The notes below the pieces were generated by a model, which was not told the origin of the DNA, searched no databases, and was given only the letters and a program-made list of their open reading frames with translations. From sequence record MW272540.1: 64,000 nucleotides of DNA; one strand, 5' to 3'. The position numbers and the translations under genes are program-made. Each line of letters opens with the position of its first letter. Position 1 is the first letter of the stretch. This document shows, one piece after another, positions 45,192 to 58,224 of this stretch.

Positions 45192-47276
45192 TACCTCTTA
45201 TAAATAACCCACATTAAAATTAGAAAAGCAACAGTTCCAGCTATAATATTTAAGAATGACACCTCAACCATTGTAAGGATAAAATGTGTCATTCATTTCT
45301 TCCTTTTTCCAATCAAATCCATATCTCGTAAAGCTGTTTCAGCCTTCCATTTCAAGGAAACATACGCACTGTGATGATCTTCATCGTAATCCCTAGTATA
45401 TTCCATGATCTCTTTTAGAGCTTTTCTGGCTACACCAAGGCGGGCCTTGGTGATGTTTACTCCGATACAGATCCTACGCTGTTTAAGTTTTTCTGATGCA
45501 GTCATCATAGATTCCTTTTATGAAAAATAAATTGCTGCTCTGATATTCAAGGAAGCCATATCAAGACAAATACCAACCCAGTCCTCCTCGTAGATATCAC
45601 CACGTTCAAAGGTGTTCATTGCTTTTTCTATCTCGCGCAATGCTGAATCGATATGTCCTCTGACTTCATCTTGTCCATAATTGACGGAAATGTACACATC
45701 AGAAAGAGAGATCATCAACTGATTAAAATCTTCACTGGTGGCCTGTTCTTTGCTCAGTTTCACACCCAACAATTTTACAGAATTGAAAATATTACGCAGT
45801 GAGTCGGCAATAATAGTCATAAGAAATCCTCTTTTCGATTTATTATCTCAACAAATCTATTGTCTCACGAAGGAGACACTAGATCAATACTCAATTCACG
45901 ATTTTTTCAACAATTTCAAAGAAACAGTTTTCGGTTTCGATGTGGATAGTGAAATCTTCCCCGATATCCCAAAATTCCCCACAAACTTGTACATCAAATG
46001 GGTTCATACCAACCTTATTTGCCATCAATTGGTTGTGACTGTATGAACAACCTCCCAGAACGACATCCATAGCGATAAACTGCTCTTGGGCTTTTTCGTT
46101 TTTGAATTTAATGCAAAGTTTGGTAGTCATAACTATATTCCTTTTTGATATTGGGGTTATCCCCTACACGAGTAATATTACTATAGAGGAATTTTATATG
46201 CAACAGATTTTATTAGATTTCTTGAAAAAGATAGCTTTTTTGGTATTGCTGATGTGTGTGGGTAGTATCTACATCTGGAAATAGTGTGATAGTGAGGCTG
46301 TCAACACCTTTTACTTTTCTTGCCTTTGGAGGAACTACTGAATCAAGCTCCTTCCTGATCTCGGCGATATCTTTATCAACAGACCCGGTTCCTCGGCCAG
46401 CAGAAACAGAAATGACTGATTTTTCTAGATCGTTACGATAATAAGAACTGATATAAAGCATTATTCACCTTCCTTGTTGTCAACGAATCCAGATACATCG
46501 GCCTGTTGTAACCAACCCCATTCGCTAGAACCAGCACACATCACAATTCCACCATCTAGAACCATATAGATATCTGTTGAACAAAGGTCAAACCCAACAT
46601 CAGAAACAACTGTCTCTTCATCAGAATTTTGTTGGAAATAGCAGTATCGAACAAAAACTTTCTTTACATTCGGGAAAAACTTTTGGATAGAAGCCAAAGC
46701 CTTTTCACTATTAACAAACTTATAGTTTTTTACATCCTTATCGATTTCAGATGTAAAAAATTCATCTACGTTCATTAAATCAATCATTATTAACTTCCTC
46801 AATAAAAATATTGGATGGACAAGACTTGTTGGGATATTGGTGATCGACCGATTTACAACGATAATACCAGCTAGATTTATTAATGATCATCTTTATTCTT
46901 TTTTCCAGTTGATAATTAGGTTATCCAAAGTCTTCATTGACCTATCTTTGTGATTATAACCTATATGATCGTAAAAATCCCATACACTATCGAAGTAAAT
47001 TTCTTGGTCTCGATAATAATTCTCTTTACCAATCACCGAATTCATTTTTTCATTATCTAAAGCCTCGCACCGATCATGACGATCAAACACACCAGTTTTA
47101 ATTAAACCTTTAGAATAGAAATGATCATTCCAACGATCTAAAATTCTATTTACAAAGCTTTCGATTGATGTTAGTTGACGATACCATCCACCTTTAGGGT
47201 GACCATCATAGATACGGATTTTATAAAGTTGAGTTACTGGATGATCGTAAAATTTGTATGTATATACTTTATCCAT

Positions 47277-47675
47277 TTAATACCTTATCTTTGAATATGA
47301 AACCACCCCAACCGATTCCCAAAATAGTTGAGACCAAGAATATCCAGTATATGCCCAATATTTTTTATCACCAACTTTGATTAGGTTTACCAGCTCCGAT
47401 CCTATTTTAGCACCACGGTGTTCCTCTTTAACGTAGCACATGACAAAGTTTGTGTATCCATTCATGATACCACGTGTTGCCAACCCAACAGGAACACCGT
47501 CGATATATTTTACCGCAACTTTGGTGATAATTCTCTCACTACGTTTTATAACACGATTAAAAAACCCTTTGAGACTCCATCCATCAACGTACATTTTATT
47601 GTCAAGTAGATATTGACAAATATCTTTAACGTGTGGACCAGTATAAACCTTTACATCACCATAGTTAACGATCAT
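47277..47675 (-). CDS. GNAT-family acetyltransferase
   Basis: YVKEEHRGAKIGSELV acetyl-CoA motif A; FWESVG. Confidence 0.75.
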   Translation of the reverse strand: MIVNYGDVKVYTGPHVKDICQYLLDNKMYVDGWSLKGFFNRVIKRSERIITKVAVKYIDGVPVGLATRGIMNGYTNFVMCYVKEEHRGAKIGSELVNLIKVGDKKYWAYTGYSWSQLFWESVGVVSYSKIRY

Positions 47676-48717
47676 TTTACGCCTCGTAATTCAGAATGTC
47701 TTGGATATCTGCCGATTCGATACCAACACCGAAGTTGTCTTTTTCGCAGTATCCATGAATTTCCATCTCAAGGTCGGAATCATAATAGCTGTAGTAGTCC
47801 ATAATTTTACCGTTAGTAAGGGTGATGCGGATCACATCATCCATACTAGCATCCATATGTGCGAAGTTTTTTACACCATGAAGAGTTTTAATCATTGTCA
47901 TTTCCTCAGTTCGTTTCGATATAGGTATTATGGACTACCTAAAAATAAAGATCAAGTATTATTTTACTTCACCACAACACCAGATATCTTGTGTCTCGGT
48001 ATCATCTCGGACGATATCCAGTTCACTCCAATTGTCCGTTTTCTTTGCGATTTCAATAGCTTCCTCTTCTGAGTTGGCATAGACATAAGAAGTTTTATGA
48101 CCTCTTACGTATCCACTGATTTCTTTACGAACCTCGTATTCTTTCATTTTTCCCATGTTACATATCCTTTACATATTTTTTCAGCATGTTGTTTGGTTGC
48201 CAAGCTCGACCATGTTCCCGGTCTTTCAGATCCATATATCCCTCTTCGGTCAATGCGACCATTTTAAAATCGCCAGCAGAAGAAAATTCAGAACCGTTTT
48301 CGGTGGACCACACATGACCTTGGTCTCGTGTCGCCATTTCAATACCCTTTTGTTTTTCCAAACAAACGATAAATCCGTCTGGACGGCAACCCCAACCCCG
48401 TTCGTATTCTGTTACATCTGCTACGTAACCAATGTATTGTAAATTCTGGTTCATTATCATTTCCTCTTACAGGTTGAATCCTTCTGGGAAGTTAACAAAC
48501 ACTGGTTTGACGCAATCAGCACCTTTCATCATCGCGCTACATGTGACCCGACCAACCAGCTTATAAAGATTCGATTTAAAATTGCCTTTATTGCAACCGA
48601 TTGTAGATTTACATTTTAAATCATTAATTTCCCAAAAGCAATATAAAATGTGAGTATCCCCGGTCCTTTCGACCCTACCGGGGTTTGCATTACGACTAAA
48701 AATTTCAAGAGTTACCA

Positions 48718-49434
48718 TCAATAAAACTCCGCAGTTACGATTTCACACAATGGACTAACCCCATTCCAATCGTTCAAATAAATTGAAGTGTCAACACCAC
48801 AACCCGGATCTAGACGAATACCAGTTTGTTCTGTGAACTTCTTATATTTTTTTGATGGTTCCTTGTCACAAAACGACTGTACACCGCTATATTTGAACCC
48901 GGCGCTTTGTTGGGGGATAATGAATACCCCAAATTCAGAAACCTTACTAGCGGCCTCTATGAGCTTGTATTCGAACTCAGCCCCAGTATAAACACCCTTA
49001 TATCCCGATGTATTGATATTACCAAATGGTGGGTTACTAATACAAAAATCAAACCGGTCTGATGTTTCGTCACAATACGTCAACGCATCACCTTGAATCC
49101 AATTGGCATGAGGTACAACCCGTTTGCCAACTTCCAGATAGTCGTGGTTCAATTCTACACAAGTAATCTCGTTGTCGTATAGCCAAAAGGACAATCCACC
49201 TATACCAGCACATAGGTCCAATACAGTACGGTCTGAGTTTACTTCGATCATTGCATCCCGAGCAAGCATCGGGGGAGTAAAGAAAGCACCAGCCAGCCCG
49301 TTCATTTGGGTTGCCCCTTCCTGATAGTTCTCAAGAATAAAAAATCGTTCATCCCATGTCAATACTCGGTCTGAATGAACCAGATCTAGGGCCTGATTAT
49401 GGAGTTTTAAAAGAGCTTTGCTGATTTTAGCCAT
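48718..49434 (-). CDS. SAM-dependent amino-methyltransferase (probable DNA N6-adenine MTase)
   Basis: FFTP, VLDLCAGIG (motif I), SNPPFG (motif IV), GVFIIP. Confidence 0.85.
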   Translation of the reverse strand: MAKISKALLKLHNQALDLVHSDRVLTWDERFFILENYQEGATQMNGLAGAFFTPPMLARDAMIEVNSDRTVLDLCAGIGGLSFWLYDNEITCVELNHDYLEVGKRVVPHANWIQGDALTYCDETSDRFDFCISNPPFGNINTSGYKGVYTGAEFEYKLIEAASKVSEFGVFIIPQQSAGFKYSGVQSFCDKEPSKKYKKFTEQTGIRLDPGCGVDTSIYLNDWNGVSPLCEIVTAEFY

Positions 49435-50973
49435 CGTTACTTACTCCAACGTTTCGGTGCTGGGCAGATTTCTTGTACCGGGCATTGATCACAATAACCA
49501 CTGGTATACATGACTTCTTTGCCCGGCGTTTCCACTTCTTCCCATTGATCATCTGGAATTTCTTCATTCAGAACACAACCCCAGATTTGGGCTTCCTTGT
49601 TACCCCAATAAAACACAGGCATTGTGTTTGCGATCTTGGTACAAAGCTTTTGAAGTTTCGATTTGCTCAACGCAATACCGTATTCTTGTTTTGCTTTCAA
49701 TTCTTTATATTCTTCTTCAGACAGTACATATTGCATTTAAATAAACTCCAATTTTAGAAAAGTACCACGTAGATGTTCTACGTTTCGACCACCCATAGCA
49801 GGAACGGAAAGATATGGATCCCATTTGATACCATACATAACTCGTTCTGGAACAGTCACAACAGAGATTGAACGGACCTCTGGCTTTTTATCTGTGCCTG
49901 AATTCCAGAGATACAGACCGGGTTCTGTAGGGTGGATTGTTGTGAAATCTTTCAGATTGATATTCATTAACAATGAATCCTTACCTTAGAGACAGAATCT
50001 TTTAGGGATTCAAACGTATCGACCAATAAAGAACCATTCCATGGAACTTGATGATAAAGAAAGACATCAACATAAGTATCTTCCATATCGTCTGTGTAAT
50101 AATTCTTTGTTTCGAACCGATAAGTATCCCCATCAATTTCTAGAGTACCGGTAATCCTGTCTTCGTACAAGTGTTTCCAACGGTTAAAATCATCAGACTC
50201 AACCCCATACTCTAAAGACACCAAATCATCACCAAATTCCATCTGAAATTCTGTACGATAATATTCTTTATTCGTATCAAGGTCAATAATTTTTCCCTGC
50301 CGACGAACCACATATTTTGTTGATCCGTCCTTCATCTTGAGGGTGTAATGACCGATTGTGATACGGCTTACAATGTCGTTCAATGTGATATTCATAGATG
50401 TTTACTCCGAAAATTATTCCATACGATAGCAGACAAATTGTCTGGGTGGTTCGGGTCGTGGTTTACACCATCAAGGATATAATCCACATTTTCTTCATAA
50501 TCGACCCAGAGATTGGTTGCATTACGAAGAACCATCAGATTTACCGAGTCGTATTTGATTGCGATCTTGATGTCTTCTGGATTTTCGATTAGTTGTGTTT
50601 CCAACCAATCCATTGCACGTCTATATCGAGATTGAATGTTAGACATATGCGTTATACCCTCGAATTAAAGATTTAAGAAGAATATAGATTTTCAATTTTG
50701 CATGACCTATCGTATCAACCGGGTGCCAATACATATCATAAAATGGGTTGCTGGATCCGGTTTTATAGTAATCTATATCCGCACTTTGAATAACTTCCCT
50801 AGCAACAAAATATTTTTCTTTTTTGTCGTCTCCAACAAATTTGAAAATATCAAATCCTTTTATACATATCACAAGCCCGGTAGCTCTTTTGTCTATGTAA
50901 GTACCATGCAATGGGTCGTCATCGTTTTTTGTTTTATATATTTTGGGTTTGTGGGTTAATGCAGGATAGTAAT

Positions 50974-51204
50974 TCACTTCGAGATCCCATCTTGAATAGT
51001 TTTACGAAGAGATTCCTTACATTCTTCGCTTTGTTCGTTACCACACCAAATTTGTTCAGCAACACCCTTCACGCCGTTTTGTTTTACTTCGGTATATGCA
51101 ACGTATGCGATATAACCTTGTACCCCGATGGTAGCAATGATCATCAGAAATACGAAGCCAAAGAAGAAAGGGAACATATTGAACGGGAATTCACTTTTAC
51201 GCAT
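50974..51204 (-). CDS. Small membrane protein
   Basis: Single N-terminal TM. Confidence 0.7.
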   Translation of the reverse strand: MRKSEFPFNMFPFFFGFVFLMIIATIGVQGYIAYVAYTEVKQNGVKGVAEQIWCGNEQSEECKESLRKTIQDGISK

Positions 51205-53222
51205 GTTTTAGTCCTCATTAATTTATATAAAGATAATATCAGTTATTTTTGTTTCTTACAAGTGGTTCTTCGAATCCCACCGCGTTTTGTGATCTCGATA
51301 CCACTTAGGTCATTTTCTTTGTTATCTTCAATGAATTTAATCATGTCTTTTGATAACAAAAACTTAACAAGAAGTTTTGAGAGTATCGTTTTCATATACT
51401 GTAATGACACCTCGTGTGGTGGCGAATTTAAATACAGGGTCTCGGTCACCATCCGTATCTAAAATAACATTAAGGATCTCACCACCGAATTCTGCACCAT
51501 CTTCATCGTCTGGAACATCCCCATGAAATTTTGACGATACAAAAATTTTGCCAATATATTTTTCTCGGAGGATATCACAAATTCGCGACTCTTCGTGTTC
51601 GACCAAGATCGGGTATTGACCATTGGCTGAAATAGAAATTTCTTTCCCAGACCAATTATCTTGTTCATGGACATTTTCCGTCTTAGCCACATAATTAAAG
51701 ACATCGGTATGTGGACCTTCATATTTTTCAATTTTGGTGATGGTAACAGCTCGGTCAGACCAAGGGATGATCCGCATCCCCACGGTCAATTCACTACCCA
51801 AAATTAGTTTTGTTTTCATTTTACAATCCTCAAATAAACACGGTTGATATGTTCAGAAACTTTATCACTGAAGGCCGCAGACAGAGTAAAGGATAACACG
51901 CGCTCTTTATTAATATGAGCTTTCATCCATTCTTCCCGAATTTTATAAACATCTTGAGATACGTCAGGGTCTGTCATAAACCAAAGCAGACATTGCCGGT
52001 CCCCTTCCATAATAACCTCGTCTGGCTTCAGAAAGCGAACCTTTTTCTTCATACCACCGATTTTCATTTTGAATACGTCATAAATCATAAAATATTTTCC
52101 TTATTCAGACTGTATATATAAAATAATACTGTTTTTGTTTTCTGTCAACCGATATCTTGAAGAATCATCACTTTTCGGTTCTTCGGATCTGCATGTACAT
52201 CATAATAACCCTTGTACTGACCTTCTGTTACGTAGTACATACAATCAAAACGTTCAAATGGTATTCCATTAGTGCGGAAATAGGTTTCTGCAACTTCGTT
52301 AGAGTGACCTCGCAGCCAATTGAGAGTGATAACGTATGCATTGGTTGGGAGAAGGGTCATAGTAGGTTCCTCAATTAAACCATGGGTCATTTATGATGTT
52401 TTCTGTAATCTCTTGTATTTCTTTGATCTGATTTTCTACGTCATCTAGAAGACTTTGGAATTCTTTACGCTCCCACGATTCTAAGTCACAACTCAGTGCA
52501 GATCTGTAGTATACAGCCTTTCCATTGAGAGTTTCAAGCTTTTTCATGTTCAAATTTACGTAATGATTTCCCATACAACACCTTACATAGAGAGGTAGGA
52601 AGAAACGAAGTAGTAAACACCGTAATACCAAACACATTCGGTAATGATACCGATTACCGGTTGCGTCATTTGCAATTTACCATCACCAAAAACCTTGTTG
52701 TGGATCACAATCAGTCGGATTATTGGAGAATTCCAATAAAGGAACAGACCAATGAAAACGAAAAACAGTGAAACACATTCCATTGTAGACAGGGTAAACA
52801 GCCAAGCGTTGATAGATTCAAACATAATAATTTCCTCTTAAGATTTTTGGTTCATTGAGATAAAAACGTTGATAATCGCACGACCGATATTTTCACGGTG
52901 GGATTCATGGTCGTACCGGCTGATACTACCAGAAATGTCGTCATACCAGACACCACTATAAGCGAAAGATTCTCCGTCGTCAAGGTTCACAGAGATTTTA
53001 AATTCTTTCATGACCTCAAACGGGTTACTTACGTAGTCGTAAACTGGGAACTCAGTACCATCCAGTTCATATACAACATAACGGTTATCGTCTGAAATTA
53101 CCCAATTATCCAGACCATACACAATCTGTGTGGCAACGGCGTTTGCTTTTTTATCGGACATTGATTCGATTTCTTTCATGTTCATCATTATTTCTCCATA
53201 TTGTTTGTTTCGCTTCATGTGT

Positions 53223-53251
53223 AGTATCTCAAAACATAATAGTTGTGTCAA
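53223..53251 (-). promoter_or_regulatory. Sigma70-type early promoter
   Basis: TTGACA - 17 nt - GATACT on the minus strand. Confidence 0.75.
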
Positions 53252-53276
53252 CAAAAAAATCGCCCGAAGGCGATTT

Positions 53277-53651
53277 TTATAGAATAACAATCATAACGAA
53301 AATGATTGCATAATGCGTCATGTGATGTAGGAATTGGTCGCAGCCCAACATATGCCAAAACTTAGCGTTTTGTGGGGTTAGATCACGACTCGATACCACT
53401 TTCATCCTATCCACAAGTACATGTAAAATGAAGTCGGCTACAGCCAAACAAACCGCCGCGAATGGATTCATTGTATATGCGCCGACAATCAGGAATGTGA
53501 AAAATGCATGTACACCACCGTGTGCAGATAGAGGGAGAGCCCACCCCTTTTCTTTAAATTTACCCAACATGTAATTTCCTTGCCAGAAATAATCCGCAAG
53601 TAAATGTTTCAGTTGAAAAAATACCAGAAGTAGAAAAATATCAAAAATCAT
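53277..53651 (-). CDS. DUF3307-type membrane protein
   Basis: KHLLADYFWQ, HGGVH, HVLVD..K, DQFLH. Confidence 0.8.
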   Translation of the reverse strand: MIFDIFLLLVFFQLKHLLADYFWQGNYMLGKFKEKGWALPLSAHGGVHAFFTFLIVGAYTMNPFAAVCLAVADFILHVLVDRMKVVSSRDLTPQNAKFWHMLGCDQFLHHMTHYAIIFVMIVIL

Positions 53652-56600
53652 TTTTAAAATCCTTAAAATAAATGTGTTAACCTAATATCCTGAACTGGAT
53701 GTTCTATTTTATCGAAACAAACGTTGAGATCTTTATCAACTATCAATGTTTGATTCGATATACTCTCATGGTGAGAAATAATGAAATATCCATTAGAAGT
53801 CAAATCCTTATATTTTGATTCTGTAATTAGGTCTATGTAACCCGACCAAAACCCAGAATCTCTATTTTTAAGACGACTTGGTTTATAATGAGATAATAGA
53901 AATTGCTTTAATCTATCTTTCCCCATTTCTTCCCCAAATTATGATTTTCCCTAACACTTTTAACCGGCGATCTAAACGGGTCCATCATGTTAGAGATTTC
54001 CCCAATGATCATACCTTCTGCGACTAGAGGATGTTGTGTATACCACCAACGAGTTTTTTTGTAGAAATCAATATAACTAACACCACACCAATAATGGATT
54101 ATATGGTTAACGGCTGGATGTTCATTATTTTTGTAAATGAACACATGCCCCTTTTTATCGTTAAAACACACCGAAAACCCTTTAGAATCATAGAAATTTC
54201 TGATAAAAGGCCATTCGTTTTCAATGATTTTCTTATATCGTTTTTCTATAAAATAATTAGTAATGTATGAAATAGAAAATAAAATTAAAAATAAAGATCC
54301 CCAAAATAAAATGATAGCTAAAATTTCACTCATTGGTTTATCCCTTTAATAGTCTTGGTAGATCGTTTCGGCGATATTTTTATCATCTTTATTTCTGAAA
54401 TGATAAATCAAACCGGGCGTGAACATTGTCGAACTATCTCCCTCGGATTCTTCAACTGTGAACTCGATACCAAGAAATCTTAATTCCGATGAAAATTTTT
54501 CAGAATCACAGTTCCAATAATCAAACCAAATGTCATAGGTCATTGATTGTCCTTCATTTTCTTTTGAAATGCAATAATATCATCATGAGTTGGCATTACA
54601 ACATCACAGTTAGTAATGTATCCTATGGAATCTCTATTGTCAACTAGCAAAATCCTAGCACTACCAACAGGTAAATATTTCCACCCGTTCAAATCAAGAA
54701 ACTCATCAACGAAATCCTCTTTGTTCTCTGCTTCAATTTTTACGATTTCGCTCATCTCGGATCCTCTGAACCATACCTGTTACACCAACTTCAAGGTCGG
54801 AACAAATATAAGAAGGGAGGTCATCATCGTATAAGGTCAAAAGATATCCATAACTTACAGTTAGAGTCACTTCCTTTCCGTTTATTTCGCTAATGAAAGA
54901 ATCACCATGAGTGAATCCTTTAACTTCGAATGATAATGTTTCTTGATTCGACTCGTCCTCATGATGAGCCGTTACGATTGAACCAATCTCTAGTTTTTCT
55001 CGTTCACCGAATGTATACAAGCATCCATCTATAAATGCATATTTCCATTGTGTGATGTTGCAATGAGCTAGATCTGTTCGATATGAATAGCTATGAATAG
55101 AGTCGAATTTTAGTTCAATTCCGTTTTCTAATTTGATTTGTCCATACATCGGATTCAAACCAATAATTTTCGATACTTCTTTTCCTGTATCAAAAAGGTC
55201 ACCAACAGCCAATTTTTTCCAAGTGTTCTTTTTCCAAAAAATCATTTGTGATTCCTCAATTCGTTAATAGTTTCTTCCAGATTATCAATTTGACCTCGAA
55301 GATTTTCCCTTTCCCAAAAATGGTCAACACCGGTCATATGTTCGATGTTAAATATTTCCTCGATATTCTGGTCGAGAAGACGAATTTCGTTGTAAAGAGC
55401 GATAATCTTTTCTTGATTAGGGTGTCCGACTTCGATAAACCGGCGAGGTATGAACTGAATTTTCATATCAACCAGATAAACAAGATCTCCATTCATTAGG
55501 CTAATATATTGTTGTACTTTATATTTTTCACCAACAACCAGAACACTTTCCATTTCAAGATTGTTAACGCAAATTACCTCTTGATTCTCTTTAAACATAA
55601 CAGACTCCTTTACTTAGTTTTGGACATTGCAAACATGATTGCAGCACGACCAATGGCGGTTTTCTCGTTGATCTGACGACCACACCATTCAACCTTAGCA
55701 TCGAAGGAATCGAATGTCATCTTCTGATCTTCGATGTGGGTGTTGAAGAACTCTGCGACGGCCTGTTTGAACTGGTTGCTAACAATCATGATTCTCTCCT
55801 TCGTTGGTACAGGGGTATATTCGCATACCCCATACACAGTGTCAAGAAATATTTTTCTTATGAAACCGAATTTCTTGATAAACCCGATCCAAAAATGTAG
55901 TTTGAAGATATTGGATATTATCAACAAGTTTAAACCTAGATGGCTCATTACAAGCTTCTAGATAACGATTTACTACGTCTTGAGGGTTTTCTTCTGGTTC
56001 TTCTGCAAAGTCGATTTCGCAATCCAAAAATACGTTTCCGTTTTGTCGGTCATATACATAAACGACATCACCATACATAAACCAACCTACATCACCAATT
56101 GTGATCTTGTAAATGTAATGTTCTAAGAAATGCATAGAACGAATGGTGAGAGAAGAAATGATAGTAGAAAATTTTTTCATCGAACTGTCTCCACAAAACG
56201 AGCTGGGATCTCTTGGACTTGATATTCTTCGCTGTTCCACCAGATATGAATGGATTCAACTACTCGGATAAATTCGTAATAGTCGTAATCAACTGCACGT
56301 CCTGTGATATTTTTAATGATACAACTCTTGATTTTCTCTCGGTTTGGTACTTCTTCATTCTCATCAATACTATAAATATCAATAGACAAAAATCGACTGA
56401 ACTGAGAAGAGTATTGAAAATTCTTTTCCAAAATATCAACAAGTTCAATTACAAGACTATCATCAAATTCAGAGTTACCATAACCGGACTCTTGCCAGTC
56501 ATGACGACTATTAAACAGAGGTCGGATCAGTTTGAAGAACTCAACATCATCACTAGTCAATCCAGTATGATGAATAGTCCCATAGTTATCCCCATCGTTT

Positions 56601-57441
56601 TCCCAACTCTCAATCCCTACAACATAACCCCGAGGGATCACCGTCCCAATAGGCAACACCAATTTTTGCATTATTTTATTCCTTTACAATTTCAAGATCT
56701 TCTAGAACAATCTCGGTTTCAAACGGTAATTTACAACCAATTGAGATGTATTCTCCGAATGTGTTCATAATGCTATGCATTTGATCACGATATTCCATAC
56801 CATTTTCTCGGATGGTCTCAATACGTTTGGTGAAGTGCTCCAAATATCTCTCATTCGGGAACTGCTCGTAAAACCTCATCCATCTGCTTTCAAGGATTTC
56901 AAGTCCAAATTCGGTAAGGGTAACAGTTGCATAGCTATTCACATTAAAAGTCGCTTTCATATCAATTTCCTCAATCGTTTATTTTAAGATACAACCCATC
57001 TTGCAACAAATCTAGCACCGTGTCAACTACTTCCCGTTGAACATCTTCAACAGAACCCTTCAGAAAGCCTTTCCAGCCTTCTTGACCGACTGTCCCCATA
57101 CTGATATCAATCGACCAAGTATCTTTGTTAAATCGAGTTATAGAGACGTTGTGATTGTCCATATGGAAAGGACGATATACATAATTTACGTAATAGGTTT
57201 CTTTTGTTGCATTGTTATCTTTAACCCATTCTGGATCCCGAGAGAAATGAATCGCCGCTCGAATAGATTCCTTTTGGCAACTCTTTTCGAACTCTTCTTG
57301 TTCTCCCCAAGAATCCATAGCCGATTCGATCTCAGACTCAATCATATCTCCAACACGTTTTGATAATGCTGGGTCGATATCATCGATAATCCGGATCAAC
57401 TCATCAACTCTCATGTTATGTTGAAGATACATATAAATCCT

Positions 57442-57900
57442 TTATTCTGAAATTTTGTATTTTAAACCAAAAACCACAACGTTAGGTAGAACATCAACGA
57501 TAACATCGAATTTATCTATCGGTGTGTGGAATGTTGTTTCAATTGCTACTAGAGGAAGTAACCCACCACCAATATCAACTCCGTTGTAGTATCTTTTTCC
57601 ATCGTTGTATATTGTACCTTTTTTATATCCAGATGCAATACCAAACCGATATCCAATATCAAAATATTCCGATTCACAGAAGTTATCGGAATATGATATT
57701 TGAACTGATTTAGAATCGATAGAGTTTTTATCAACATAAATCACAGAAATATTGTCTACTTGGATACCAACCGATGGATGTATTTCATTTTGTCCAGAGT
57801 CCTTGTAATGTTTACTAACACCACCAAGGATAAGGTTTATTTCTTTAGCGTATACACCAAAAGACGATAAAGAAGCTAATAATAGAGCCATGGATTTCAT
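57442..57900 (-). CDS. Secreted outer-membrane beta-barrel protein (PagP-like)
   Basis: Signal peptide; GGVSKH..NE.HP..G..KNS..S, GIASGY; alternating beta strands. Confidence 0.6.
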   Translation of the reverse strand: MKSMALLLASLSSFGVYAKEINLILGGVSKHYKDSGQNEIHPSVGIQVDNISVIYVDKNSIDSKSVQISYSDNFCESEYFDIGYRFGIASGYKKGTIYNDGKRYYNGVDIGGGLLPLVAIETTFHTPIDKFDVIVDVLPNVVVFGLKYKISE

Positions 57901-57957
57901 GGTATTCTCCTTTTGTTTGTCTCCTAGAAGGATACCACAAATATAAAATACTGCAAA

Positions 57958-58224
57958 TTATTTTTGCTCTTTTTCTTTGAGTGGTGTACCAAAATCGAAT
58001 TGCATTTCTTTTTCTTTTTTGGATTTATAACGAGCGTATGCCGGTTGAATAATAAGCAAACTTAAGATAGTAAAAATAAGGATCCATCCAAGCCAAGGCC
58101 AACTTAGAAGAGGATACCACCCTGTAATCGAGTTCAAAGCCCCAAAAATAAAAGCCAAGATCATATGATTGTATTTTACAATGAAATCCATAATTAAATT
58201 CTCACTATCAGTATTGAATAACAA
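57958..58224 (-). CDS. Small membrane protein (two TM)
   Basis: Two hydrophobic helices and a basic tail; start uncertain. Confidence 0.7.
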   Translation of the reverse strand: MLFNTDSENLIMDFIVKYNHMILAFIFGALNSITGWYPLLSWPWLGWILIFTILSLLIIQPAYARYKSKKEKEMQFDFGTPLKEKEQK

